Shown: positions 48,068-58,182 of the stretch, piece by piece
How positions within the stretch are numbered: position 1 is the stretch's first letter
Layout of the letters: the number at the start of each line of letters is the position of its first letter
Origin: Bacteroidota bacterium
Lineage (GTDB): Bacteria > Bacteroidota > Ignavibacteria > UBA10030
DNA length: 64,000 nucleotides
Assembly: GCA_050013655.1 (NCBI GenBank)
Contig: JBEKEV010000001.1
Span: forward strand, 129,838 to 193,837
Reading direction: 5' to 3'
The notes under the pieces: generated by a model
Databases searched by the model: none
Told to the model about the DNA's origin: nothing
The model's input: only the letters and a program-made list of their open reading frames with translations
Made by a program: the position numbers and the translations under genes

Positions 48068-49045
48068 ATGAATATGGTCAGATGGGGTATTATCGGTTGC
48101 GGTGATGTTACTGAATTCAAAAGCGGACCAGGTTTTCAGAAGGCTAAGAATTCTACGTTGGTCGCTGTCATGCGTCGGAATGGAAAACTCGCTAAAGATT
48201 ATGCCCGGCGTCATAATGTCCCAAAATGGTATGACGACGCTGAAGCACTGATCAGTGATCCCGAGGTAGATGCCGTATACATTGCGACTCCACCATCGTT
48301 CCATAAAGAGTACACACTTAGAGCTGCGCAAGCCGGCAAATCTGTATATGTGGAAAAACCTATGGCATTGAATTCGGAAGAATGCCAAACGATGATCGAA
48401 GCGTGTAAAAAAGCTGGGGTGCCGCTTTTTGTTGCTTATTATCGCAGAGCACTAGAACGATTCCTGAAAATCAAAGAATTAATCGATTCCGGAATAATCG
48501 GTGATGTCCGATTTTTGAATATCTTGTTTTTTCAACCAAATTCAATTGACCCAGAAAAAGAACTTCCATGGAGAGTGCACCCAGAAATTTCTGGCGGAGG
48601 GTTATTCGTTGATCTTGCCCCGCATACGTTGGACTTTCTTGATTACGTCTTAGGCCCGATTACATCTGTTCAAGGACTTGCCTCAAACCAAGTAGGCATT
48701 TATCCTGCGGAGGATATCGTAAGTGGAGCATTTAGATTTCAATCAAGAGTTCAGGGAATTGGGACATGGTGTTTTTCCAGCTTCCGGAAAAATGATAACA
48801 CAGAAATCATCGGTAGTAAAGGAAAAATTTTCTTCTCGACATTCGACGCCCAACCCATAAAGCTTACAACACTGAATGGAGAAACCGAGTACGCTGTAGC
48901 TTATCCACAGCATATTCAACAGCATCTGATACAACTTGTTGTAGATGATCTCATCGGCATTGGACATTGTCCGAGTACAGGCGAAACAGCCCTCCGAACA
49001 ACATGGGTTATGGATCAGCTGCTAAAACAATATTACCAAAAGTAA
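48068..49045 (+). CDS. Gfo/Idh/MocA family NAD(P)-dependent oxidoreductase
   Basis: 325 aa with an N-terminal Rossmann fold (VRWGIIGCGDVTE), YIATPPSFH and EKPMALN motifs. Confidence 0.8.
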   Translation: MNMVRWGIIGCGDVTEFKSGPGFQKAKNSTLVAVMRRNGKLAKDYARRHNVPKWYDDAEALISDPEVDAVYIATPPSFHKEYTLRAAQAGKSVYVEKPMALNSEECQTMIEACKKAGVPLFVAYYRRALERFLKIKELIDSGIIGDVRFLNILFFQPNSIDPEKELPWRVHPEISGGGLFVDLAPHTLDFLDYVLGPITSVQGLASNQVGIYPAEDIVSGAFRFQSRVQGIGTWCFSSFRKNDNTEIIGSKGKIFFSTFDAQPIKLTTLNGETEYAVAYPQHIQQHLIQLVVDDLIGIGHCPSTGETALRTTWVMDQLLKQYYQK

Positions 49046-49090
49046 TTCGATTACTGAGTGAATCCACTGAATCTTTTCAACGGAATTTAA

Positions 49091-50560
49091 ATGATTGTTG
49101 CTAGTGCTCATCCTGAATTCAAACGCGGGCTCGGATTGCTCGATTCGACGATGATCGTCATCGGTTCGATGATCGGCTCCGGCATTTTTATCGTCAGTGC
49201 GGATATCGGACGGATTGTTGGAGCGCCAGGATATCTCCTCTTGGTTTGGCTCATCACCGGTGTGATGACGATGATTGCTGCACTCAGTTATGGCGAGCTT
49301 GCCGGTATGATGCCTCACGTCGGCGGACAGTACGCTTATCTCCGTGAAGCATACAATCCTTTCATTGCATTTCTCTACGGATGGGCATTGTTCCTGGTCA
49401 TTCAAACAGGAACAATCGCTGCAGTAGCTGTAGCCTTTGCAAAATTTACGGGTGTTTTGATTCCCTGGTTTAGTGAAAAAAATATTCTTCTTTCCATCGG
49501 TAAGTTCCACATTACTGCAGCACAAATTCTCGCAATTCTGAGTGTCATTCTCTTGACCTCTGTGAACATGCGAGGCTTGCAGGAAGGAAAAATTGTTCAG
49601 AACATTTTCACATGTACAAAAATCATCGCTCTTCTTGGATTTGTTTTTCTCGCATTGTTCGTTGGTCAAAACACCTTTGCCATCGCTGCAAACTTCAGCA
49701 AATTTTGGAGTGCGACCTGGACACAAGTAGCAGATAGCAAGATTCTTTCTATCTCGCCGCTCTCCGGCATGATGCTTCTCTCCGCTATTGGTGTAGCCAT
49801 GGTGGGTTCACTTTTTTCAGCTGATGCGTGGAATAATATTACATTCACTGCGGGAGAAGTCACAAATCCAAACCGCAACATTCCGTTAAGTCTTGCGCTG
49901 GGAACAGGAGCGGTCATTCTCATTTACATTCTCGTAAACATCGGGTACTTGTTGGTTCTGCCTTTGACCGGTTCGCCTGAAGCAACAGATGCAGTAGGAC
50001 GAGGAATTCAATTTGCCGTCAGCGACAGAGTCGGAACAGCAGCCGCTTCTGTCATTTTCGGCGAGAGTGCTGCAATTATTATGGCAGTGATGATCATGAT
50101 ATCAACTTTCGGATGCAATAATGGATTAATACTTGCAGGAGCGCGAGTGTATTATGCAATGGCAAAGGATGGGTTATTCTTCAAGAGTGCAGGAATGTTA
50201 AATCAGAAATCGGTGCCCGGTGCTGCACTTGTTGTCCAATGCATATGGACATGTCTTCTGTGTCTCTCCGGCACTTATGGTGATTTGCTTGACTATGTCA
50301 TTTTTGTCGTGCTGGTGTTTTATATTCTCACAGTGACCGGGATTTTTATATTACGAAAAAAACGTCCGGATGCTGACCGGCCGTACAGAGCATTTGGTTA
50401 TCCAATCATACCGATAGTTTACATTTTCCTCGCTGTTGCTATTTCGATTGATCTGCTCATCTTTAAACCTCAGTACACCTGGCCGGGATTAGGGATTGTG
50501 CTGTTAGGTATTCCGGTGTATTTTGTTTGGAAGAGATATAGATTCAGAACTGTATCATAA
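49091..50560 (+). CDS. APC family amino acid permease (second copy)
   Basis: 489 aa with about 12 TM helices. It is a paralog of 46470..47990. Confidence 0.8.
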   Translation: MIVASAHPEFKRGLGLLDSTMIVIGSMIGSGIFIVSADIGRIVGAPGYLLLVWLITGVMTMIAALSYGELAGMMPHVGGQYAYLREAYNPFIAFLYGWALFLVIQTGTIAAVAVAFAKFTGVLIPWFSEKNILLSIGKFHITAAQILAILSVILLTSVNMRGLQEGKIVQNIFTCTKIIALLGFVFLALFVGQNTFAIAANFSKFWSATWTQVADSKILSISPLSGMMLLSAIGVAMVGSLFSADAWNNITFTAGEVTNPNRNIPLSLALGTGAVILIYILVNIGYLLVLPLTGSPEATDAVGRGIQFAVSDRVGTAAASVIFGESAAIIMAVMIMISTFGCNNGLILAGARVYYAMAKDGLFFKSAGMLNQKSVPGAALVVQCIWTCLLCLSGTYGDLLDYVIFVVLVFYILTVTGIFILRKKRPDADRPYRAFGYPIIPIVYIFLAVAISIDLLIFKPQYTWPGLGIVLLGIPVYFVWKRYRFRTVS

Positions 50561-50565
50561 ACAGC

Positions 50566-50589
50566 AACGCCCTCAAAAGGGGGGCGTTT
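50566..50589 (+). terminator. Hairpin between convergent genes (putative terminator)
   Basis: AACGCCC-loop-GGGCGTT followed by TTTG, located between the permease stop and the GH28 stop. The U-tract is weak. Confidence 0.35.
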
Positions 50590-50615
50590 GCATGTTCTGA
50601 TAATATGATTCATCC

Positions 50616-52410
50616 TTATTTGATAAGCAGCATCTTTTTCACTTTGACAAACTGCTTACTATCTTGCGGCTGCACTACCAACCACGTGAAGTACACTCCG
50701 CTCGCCAATCTCGCACCATCGAAGACTGCCGTATAATACCCGGCTCCCTTATTCCCATCTACCAGCACAGCCACTTCGCGTCCCATAATATCACATATGC
50801 TCAATGTCACGTGACTGGCTTCAGGAAGCTGATAGCTGATCTTCGTCGATGGATTAAACGGATTCGGATAGTTCTGCCGCAGGAGAAATTGGCCGGGAAG
50901 TTCGTTCTGTCCGGACTTCTCATTGGCCGAGGTGAGAATACTCCCGTTCATCGTGATATTGTTAAACTGCAGATCGATAATATTGGAAATCGTGTTCGAT
51001 GAACTCTTGATATTCGTAAAGGTGCAGTTGGAGAGGACGACATTGTTCAGCGGTGAAGCGGCAAGCCCGACCATGTACAATGCATTCGGCGCTTGTGTGC
51101 ACACGAGACTATCGAAATAGAGATTCCGCACGACGGGGATAAATAACCCGGTTTCACCGCCGTAATTACAGTCGATATAGATGATGTATTTCGACACTGT
51201 AAGCACGGAGATGTTCCTTTCGTAGATATTCTCGATCGTGCCGCCGCGCTGGGTGTTCGTCTTAAATCTTAGTGCGTATTGTAGGTTTGCGCTGTTCATC
51301 GTGTCGTTTTCAGCAAAGACATTGTTGATACCGCCGGATGTCTCACTCCCAATCGTTATCCCACCGTGACCATCTTTCATTATGCAATTCTGGATTATCA
51401 CATTTGAACATGGAATATTTATTCTGCGCCCGTCAGCATTTCGTCCTGATTTAATTGCAATGCAATCGTCACCGGTAGAGAAGGAACATCCTCTGATAAG
51501 AACATTTGTGCAGCACTCAGGGTCGCAGCCATCTGTATTGGGTCTTGTGTCGCCGCTATTCGCAGTAACAGTCACATTGAGGACAGAGACATTCCGGCAG
51601 AGAACCGGATTTATTCCCCACATCGGAGAATCTTTAAACGCCCTGCGCAAGAATGTTCGTACATCGGTATGGTTGAAAGAAGTTTGGACGAAGATGATGA
51701 CCAGATCCGAAGATCCGCTGCTCTACAGGAATGCTGTCCGCTACCATCGAGTTTAAAAGTGTAGTGTCGGCACTGCTTGAACTTTTCCATGACCACCAAT
51801 TATTGCTTGATGCCTGTCCGTCAAGAACTCCTTCACCGGTAATTGCAATGTTAGTTTGTTCGAATGCATAGATGAGCGGTGAATAATTCAGACATTCTAC
51901 GCTTTCAAATCGTGTGTATACAACGGGTAAATATTTCAAAGGATCGGTCGAAAATTTAATCGTAGCACCCAATGCTACATAAAGATTTACATTGCTTTGA
52001 AAATGAATCGCTCCAGTGAGATATGTCCCTGCGGGCACGACTACGCGACCGCCGCCTGCTTTTGAACAAGAGTCAATTGCAGTCGCAAATGCGTTGGTAC
52101 AGTCTGTAGTACCATCGCTGACCGCACCGGATGATGTGAGAAGAAAATCCTTGTCGGGAAACTGCAGAGGAATGATGGATTGGAGTATCAAAGGAACTCG
52201 TTCCCATCCGGTTGTATCACTCGTTTGTTGATGGAGCGCTGCAGAGAAACACGGAAAAAAGAACATCCCTGCAGTTATGAAGATAATCTTCATAACTATA
52301 CACTTTCTCAGTATTGATAAATGAAGATCATGCTGTGTCAGAACTCCTCTCCGAAAATTTGAAGAACGACTAGAATATTTGGTCGCCATGACACAGTCAA
52401 AACAAACCAA
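50616..52410 (-). pseudogene. Glycoside hydrolase family 28 (polygalacturonase-like) with a T9SS C-terminal sorting domain, split by a frameshift near 51634..51652 into ORFs 51634..52410 and 50616..51650
   Basis: The upstream ORF carries the GH28 N-terminal region (GGGRVVVPAGTYLTGAIHFQSNVNL...RPNFFQPYRCTNILAQGV*). The downstream ORF continues the family pattern (..FKDSPMWGINPVLCRNVSV, NTDGCDPECCTNVLIRGCSFSTGDDCIAIKSG, GHGGITIGSE). They join if one base is inserted or deleted in a GGG/TTT run. The C-terminus matches a T9SS domain (NYPNPFNPSTKISYQLPEASHVTLSICDIMGREVAVL...MLLIK). Confidence 0.6.
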
Positions 52411-52416
52411 AAAATA

Positions 52417-53685
52417 TTATACTAAATCTTCCAAGGTCTGCCGTTGACGAATGATCCGCACACGATCTCCGTTCACGAGAATTTCAGCAGGACGAGGTCG
52501 ACCATTGTAATTGGAACTCAGCACAAATCCATACGCACCGGTCGTGAGCACTGCAAGATAATCCCCGGCAATGGGTTTCGCGAGCAATCGTTCCCGAGCA
52601 AAAAAATCGCTGCTTTCACAGATCGGGCCAACAATATCAACCTTCTCATGTTCGTATGTATCAATGGATACCGGAACGATTTGATGGTACGCCTGATAAA
52701 GGCTGGGTCTAAGCAAGTCGTTCATACCGCCATCAACGATGACAAATTTTTTCGTCGAATTTTCTTTAACAGAAATCACACGTGTAATTAAGACGCCGGC
52801 ATTTGCTATAATCGAACGTCCCGGCTCAATCCAGATAGAACAATCGGCTGACCGAAGAATGGGTAACACTGCTGCGAGAAATTCCACCGGAGAAGGCACA
52901 GACATGTCTGCTCCCTCCTCTTGCGGCAGCGCCTCATGGGAAACAGCGCCAGCGTACGGAACTCCAAAACCGCCGCCAAAATCAATATGCGTCAAATTGA
53001 TACCAGCTGAACGCAATTTCTCGATCAATCCGACCACATAGTTCGCCGTTGCGACAAACGGTTCCACTTTCGTAATTTGTGATCCAATATGGGTATGAAT
53101 TCCAATCAGTTCCAGCGATGATAACGAGGCTGCATACTGATATACCTCGAATGCCTTCGACGCTTCGATGCCAAATTTAGTCGATCGTAGACCCGTGGTA
53201 ATGTATGGATGGCTTTGTGCATCAATATCTGGATTGATGCGAAGCGCAATGCGGGCTTTCTTACCCATTCGAAGCGCTGCACGTGAGATCGTGTGCAGTT
53301 CTGCTACCGATTCAACGTTGAAGGAAAAAATGTTCCGCGTCAATGCGTATTCGATTTCATCTTCTCGTTTCCCCACACCTGCGAAGACAATTTTATCCTG
53401 AGTAAACCCGGCTTTTAACGCAAGATACAACTCCCCGACAGACACTACATCCGCACCAGCGCCTTCTGCAGCGAGCAATTTTAAAATAGAATGATTCGCA
53501 TTCGCCTTCAGCGCATAACACACGAGGTGATTCATTTCTCCCAGCGCGCCGCGGAGTGATCGATAATTCTCCGTGATTTGGTTCTTGCTATAAACGTACA
53601 ACGGTGTACCGTACTCTTCCGCTAACTCTTTTAAAGGAATATCTTCACATGTGAGGGCGTTTTCTTTATATGTTATATAATTCAT
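52417..53685 (-). CDS. lysA: Diaminopimelate decarboxylase (PLP-dependent, fold-type III)
   Basis: 422 aa with the Orn/DAP/Arg decarboxylase family layout, including HLVCYALKANANHSIL (PLP lysine region), GGGFGV and GPICESSDFFA (a CESxD-like motif). Confidence 0.75.
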   Translation of the reverse strand: MNYITYKENALTCEDIPLKELAEEYGTPLYVYSKNQITENYRSLRGALGEMNHLVCYALKANANHSILKLLAAEGAGADVVSVGELYLALKAGFTQDKIVFAGVGKREDEIEYALTRNIFSFNVESVAELHTISRAALRMGKKARIALRINPDIDAQSHPYITTGLRSTKFGIEASKAFEVYQYAASLSSLELIGIHTHIGSQITKVEPFVATANYVVGLIEKLRSAGINLTHIDFGGGFGVPYAGAVSHEALPQEEGADMSVPSPVEFLAAVLPILRSADCSIWIEPGRSIIANAGVLITRVISVKENSTKKFVIVDGGMNDLLRPSLYQAYHQIVPVSIDTYEHEKVDIVGPICESSDFFARERLLAKPIAGDYLAVLTTGAYGFVLSSNYNGRPRPAEILVNGDRVRIIRQRQTLEDLV

Positions 53686-53747
53686 GTACGATTTGAGATT
53701 TTCGCTTGATAAGAAAGCATCGTGATATATCTATTTCTATTCCTCAT

Positions 53748-54413
53748 TTATGTAAACAACCCAATAAGTATATCTAATGGCATGCGCAATGTGAGTACAA
53801 TAGAAAAAACAGCATGCTGAAACGGCGCTATTCGCATCAGCATAATAATAATAATAATTCCGAAGAATCCGATTTGCCGAAACTGCTCGCCTATTTTTTC
53901 CGGAAGCAGCGATGATAATACATGCGAACCATCTAACGGTGGTACGGGAATCAGATTAAAGACCGCAAGAAAAATATTCAGCGTGATACCGGCGGCGAAC
54001 ATGCGAATCACAAATGTTGCCATTTCACGTTGAAGATCACTTTCGGCCAGCGTCATCAAACCGAGAATGTGCACTGAAAGAATGTAGAAAATCGAACAAA
54101 AGCATGCCATCAATAAATTAGAGAACGGACCTGCAATGGAGACAAGAATATCGTCCCGATGAAAATTACGAAAATGAGCCGGATTGACTGGTACCGGTTT
54201 TGCCCATGCAATAAACACAGATCCAGCAGAGATAAACGACAACAATGGAATTGCAATAGATCCAATTGGGTCAATATGGGGAATCGGATTAAATGTTAAC
54301 CGGCCGGCATCACGAGCTGTGGTGTCGCCCAGACGCAGCGCCACCCATCCATGTGCTACTTCATGCACAACTATGGAAAAAAGCAGAATCGGTAATACAT
54401 AAAGAGAATCCAA
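53748..54413 (-). CDS. Site-2 protease family (peptidase M50-like) membrane metalloprotease
   Basis: 221 aa with HExxH inside TM1 (VVHEVAHGWVA) and several further TM helices. Confidence 0.6.
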   Translation of the reverse strand: MDSLYVLPILLFSIVVHEVAHGWVALRLGDTTARDAGRLTFNPIPHIDPIGSIAIPLLSFISAGSVFIAWAKPVPVNPAHFRNFHRDDILVSIAGPFSNLLMACFCSIFYILSVHILGLMTLAESDLQREMATFVIRMFAAGITLNIFLAVFNLIPVPPLDGSHVLSSLLPEKIGEQFRQIGFFGIIIIIMLMRIAPFQHAVFSIVLTLRMPLDILIGLFT

Positions 54414-54626
54414 GAGAATGTCCTTTCAAAAACAATCCGTCCCGCTGCGATGCGGGACGGGCAAAAAATACTATCTGCATTCAACACCTATGATATAGGT
54501 ACCAAAAAATGTGGTGGAATTCAAGAAGTTCCCGTATGTGAATCATTGCATCTGCGGCACTGTTTTTCTATATTCATTCAATATTTCATATGGCATCATA
54601 TGCACTTTGACTGTCCGAGGTTTCAA

Positions 54627-56540
54627 ATGAACATCAGATTCTTGTCCTTGTTCTCTGCTATCCTTTGCGTTGCGACGATTCTCAATGCTCAGGCACCCTC
54701 TGTTCAACTAAAAATTAAGGAAAAATCCGGTTTCTTAGGTATGGGTGGTCCTCGCACACTGAAGATCGAACTCTCGAATCAAAATCGCCAACAACCATTA
54801 ACAAGCGACAGCGTTAATAGTGGGGAGTTTTTCTACTTTCTTGTGACACCTTTAGAAGATTGGAAGCTTGATGAGGATTTTGCAAAGGAAGAGATTTCTA
54901 AAATCAATATTAATCAAGACGGAAATAAAATCTCCATTGCATGGAAGAGCGATCTGATCAAGGGGGGAAACAATGCCATGTTGCTTGGATTCTCAAAGAC
55001 GTTCAAATTCAACCTTCCCTTTACGTTCCAATATCCGGTCGATGAAGTAATGAATCAGGCTGAGTATGCAGTACCGCAGGAACTATGGCCGGGCTTTACG
55101 ACAATCACCGATCTTACGAAGCAAGCCGAAACCGCAACAACTGCGAAACAATTCAAATCAGCTATTGGATTCTATGAGCAAATTCTGGGGAACAAAAACT
55201 TGCAGATTTTCCCTCAATACGAAGAGTCAAAGAAAAAGCGCACTCAATGTTTCGATAGTTTTCATAATGAAACTTCTTTGTCATTCCAAGCGGCAGCTAC
55301 AAATGCACAAATGGATTTGAATTCACGTATTGCCCTTATGGATGGGTTTAAGCCGAACTTTAAGATGATACTCGATTCACTACCGCGGTCCGAGTGGAAC
55401 ATCGGTTCGCTTGATTCAACTATCGCCCCTATTTTAAATCAATGCCGAAATTCACTCGCCCATCTCAACAGTATTCGTGATTCGCTCCAACATATTCTGG
55501 ACGATCAGAACGTACGATGGATTATCGAAGGCTCCGCAACGGGTAAAAACGGTTATCTTTATGTATATATGATCGAAACATTAGCATCGGCATTTTCATC
55601 TCTCAATTTTGCTGACACACTTGCGCCAGAATTGAAAGTGAAGATATCAGATGAATATCAGGCACGGTTGGCAAAATATGACATCATGTCGTCGTATGAG
55701 ACATTCATCCGCATTTGTAATGAACGGTATCAAACACATCTTCCCATTTTTCCGATCGATTTTCTTCCAAACCTCAAGAAAGACAGCATTTCTTTTTTCC
55801 TGCCCTATTATTCAATGCTCAAAGCAGTAAACGATTATTACTATGGCAACTTCGAAAGCGCAAAGAAAGAGATTATCCATATCTTCCGAACGAATTACGA
55901 ACCGGACATCAATAGTCGATTTGACGTGATGCGTGTGGTCATTGCGAACCGCGAACAACGTATTTCACCGGACGTGATGAAGATGTTCGAAGAAGCAGAA
56001 CAATTGGAAAAAGCGAAAGATCTTCAGAATGCACAAGACAAATACCGCCAAATCACATTGATTGCACCGAATTTTGCGTACGGGTTTTTTATGCTCGGAA
56101 AATTCTACAGTCGTACAGGCGATCCCATCCGGGCAAATTATTCGTATCAACGTGCGTATCAAATTGACTCACTTTATTTGAGCGCCTATCGCGAGAGCTA
56201 TAGTATCTTTCTGAAGCAGAGCAACTTCAAAGAAATTATTAACATGTATTCCATAGCACTTACTAAAGGGAACAATTATTGGGAAATTAATTATACTTTG
56301 GGCGTAGCTTTTCTCGGCGAAGCAGATCCGGCACGCGCCATCCAAAGTTTTGAACGCGCACTTGCACTCAATTCAAAAAGCTATAGTACAAATATCCAGA
56401 TTGGACTCGCCCATCAGAATGTAAAGAACTACCAAAAAGCGCGCGAGTATTTTAACAATGCCATTGGCTTGGATCCCACGCGGCAGGAAGCAGTCGATTA
56501 TCTGACAAAGTTGAACGAACTCCAGCGAACCGGCAGATGA
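54627..56540 (+). CDS. TPR repeat-containing secreted protein
   Basis: The start is set at MNIRFLSLFSAILCVATILNAQAP (signal peptide). The C-terminal half has multiple TPR repeats (ANYSYQRAYQIDSLY..., YTLGVAFLGEADPARAIQSFERALALN). The track extension from 54450 is rejected because it spans a strong hairpin. Confidence 0.6.
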   Translation: MNIRFLSLFSAILCVATILNAQAPSVQLKIKEKSGFLGMGGPRTLKIELSNQNRQQPLTSDSVNSGEFFYFLVTPLEDWKLDEDFAKEEISKININQDGNKISIAWKSDLIKGGNNAMLLGFSKTFKFNLPFTFQYPVDEVMNQAEYAVPQELWPGFTTITDLTKQAETATTAKQFKSAIGFYEQILGNKNLQIFPQYEESKKKRTQCFDSFHNETSLSFQAAATNAQMDLNSRIALMDGFKPNFKMILDSLPRSEWNIGSLDSTIAPILNQCRNSLAHLNSIRDSLQHILDDQNVRWIIEGSATGKNGYLYVYMIETLASAFSSLNFADTLAPELKVKISDEYQARLAKYDIMSSYETFIRICNERYQTHLPIFPIDFLPNLKKDSISFFLPYYSMLKAVNDYYYGNFESAKKEIIHIFRTNYEPDINSRFDVMRVVIANREQRISPDVMKMFEEAEQLEKAKDLQNAQDKYRQITLIAPNFAYGFFMLGKFYSRTGDPIRANYSYQRAYQIDSLYLSAYRESYSIFLKQSNFKEIINMYSIALTKGNNYWEINYTLGVAFLGEADPARAIQSFERALALNSKSYSTNIQIGLAHQNVKNYQKAREYFNNAIGLDPTRQEAVDYLTKLNELQRTGR

Positions 56541-56565
56541 ATCCAATGTTTCAAGAAATGTTGCG

Positions 56566-56599
56566 AAAGGGATTCCAAGGTGAATCCCTTTTTGCTTTT
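56566..56599 (+). terminator. Rho-independent terminator after the TPR protein gene
   Basis: A perfect 10-bp stem (AAAGGGATTC / GAATCCCTTT) with a 6-nt loop, followed by TTGCTTTTC. Confidence 0.65.
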
Positions 56600-56726
56600 C
56601 ATTCAATCGGTTCTTATATTGAAACGCCCAATTGCAGGCGTTTATGAGAGAACGCTCAGCTTATTGGGCATTTTTTACAAAGGGGCACGTGGCGAAACTG
56701 ACAGACGCGTCCCGCAAAACGATTTC

Positions 56727-56808
56727 GGGTAGATGGCGAAACTGGCAGACGCGCTAGCCTTAGGAGCTAGTGGAGTAATCCATGGGGGTTCAACTCCCCC
56801 TCTACCCA
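56727..56808 (+). tRNA. tRNA-Leu (anticodon TAG)
   Basis: Folded by hand: acceptor GGGTAGA/TCTACCC (7 perfect bp), D-arm GCGA..CGC, anticodon stem CTAGC/GCTAG with loop CTTAGGA (anticodon TAG), a long variable arm TGGAGTAATCCAT, and T-arm GGGGG-TTCAACT-CCCCC. CCA is not encoded. Confidence 0.8.
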
Positions 56809-56890
56809 CAGAGGTTTTGCGGGACGGGGAAACCCATGTGGGTTCGAGTCACCCCGTGCCCACGAATCATATATTATAAATTAAAGGAAG

Positions 56891-58162
56891 TTGAGCGTGG
56901 AAGTAACCATTCAATCGTTGTCAGATGTCTCACGCGAAGTGGAAATCACCGCCACAACAGAAGACCTTGCACCTCATTTTGACAAAGTATATTTAGAGTA
57001 TCGAAAGAAAATCGAAATTCGCGGATTCCGAAAAGGAAAAGCACCATTAGACATCGTCAAAAAACTTTATGGCGATTTAATAGAAAACGATTCTCTGAAT
57101 GAAGTCGCTACCGAGATGTACCGCAAAGCTGTAAAAGAAAAAGAGTTGCAACCCATCGGCGACCCCGTACTCGTCGACATGAATTATAAACGAGGCGAAA
57201 GTTTTCGGTGCAAGATTCAATATGATATCCGTCCGACCATAGAGGTGAAACAATACAAAGGTATTGCAATAGAGAAAAGTGTGCATGCCATAACCGATAA
57301 CGAGGTTGAAAAAGAAATCATTCGTCTGCAGCGGATCAATGCTATAATGGAAGAAGTGGAGGCTGTCACCGATCCAGAGCATATTGTCACCGCGACCCTC
57401 CAGGACTTAGACGACAGCGGTACTCCGCTCATCGGGAAGAAAAGTGATGATATTCGTTTTTATCTCGCCGACGATCAGCTTGAGCAGCCATTTAAAGACG
57501 CGTTAAGAGAAGCGCGAAAGGGCGGTAATTATCGCGTGCAATTTGAACATAAGCACGGTGAGCATGCACACAACGTCAACACACAAATCATCGTCACGAA
57601 GATTCAAAAAGTCACACTCTCACCGCTGGACGATGCGTTTGTCGCTAAGGTCACAAAAGACAAGTTCATAACTGTCGATTCATTACGGGCAGGAATTCGG
57701 GAAGATATCATTGCCTATTGGAAGGAAAAAACCGAGCGGCAGGTGATTAACTCGATAACATCTGAAATTATCCGGCTTCATGAATTTCAGGTGCCGGAAT
57801 CGCTTACACGCAGTGTGCTTGAAGGGTTGTTGGAAGAAGTGAAGAATGAATATCCCAACAAACGATTACCGGATGAATTTAACATCGAGAAATTTAACAA
57901 AGAGAACCGCGCGTATGCCATCTACCAGGCAAAGTGGGCATTATTGCGCGAAGAGTTGATCAAAGCAGAGAATATCACCATTTCCGATGGAGACCTTGAA
58001 AAGTTGGCCGAAACGGAATCTGCCAAAATTAAAATTCCGAAAGATCGTCTTATCAGCTATTACAAATCATCCGAACAGATCAAAGATCGCCTTGTCGGCG
58101 ATAAGCTATTGAAAATTCTTGTGGATTCTGCAAAAATAAAGGAAATCCCTGAAAAAGTGTAA
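56891..58162 (+). CDS. tig: Trigger factor (ribosome-associated peptidyl-prolyl isomerase chaperone)
   Basis: 423 aa with the N-terminal ribosome-binding motif ([17 protein letters not shown]). It has the conserved gene order tig-clpP-clpX. There is a TTG start. Confidence 0.85.
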   Translation: MSVEVTIQSLSDVSREVEITATTEDLAPHFDKVYLEYRKKIEIRGFRKGKAPLDIVKKLYGDLIENDSLNEVATEMYRKAVKEKELQPIGDPVLVDMNYKRGESFRCKIQYDIRPTIEVKQYKGIAIEKSVHAITDNEVEKEIIRLQRINAIMEEVEAVTDPEHIVTATLQDLDDSGTPLIGKKSDDIRFYLADDQLEQPFKDALREARKGGNYRVQFEHKHGEHAHNVNTQIIVTKIQKVTLSPLDDAFVAKVTKDKFITVDSLRAGIREDIIAYWKEKTERQVINSITSEIIRLHEFQVPESLTRSVLEGLLEEVKNEYPNKRLPDEFNIEKFNKENRAYAIYQAKWALLREELIKAENITISDGDLEKLAETESAKIKIPKDRLISYYKSSEQIKDRLVGDKLLKILVDSAKIKEIPEKV

Positions 58163-58182
58163 GAGAAAAGGAAAAAAACATT

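Noticed and set aside
54450-54626. N-terminal 59 codons of track ORF 54450..56540
   Set aside because: The extension runs through a strong 9-bp GC hairpin and has Cys/His-rich nonsense composition. A clean signal peptide starts at the internal Met (MNIRFLSLFSAILCVATILNAQ).
56809-56865. Sequence after tRNA-Leu considered as an independent second tRNA
   Set aside because: Alone it is too short and lacks 5' acceptor, D and anticodon arms. It only makes sense as the 3' half of the outer tRNA-like shell, and even then the T-stem has two mismatches. It is reported as a finding, not a feature.
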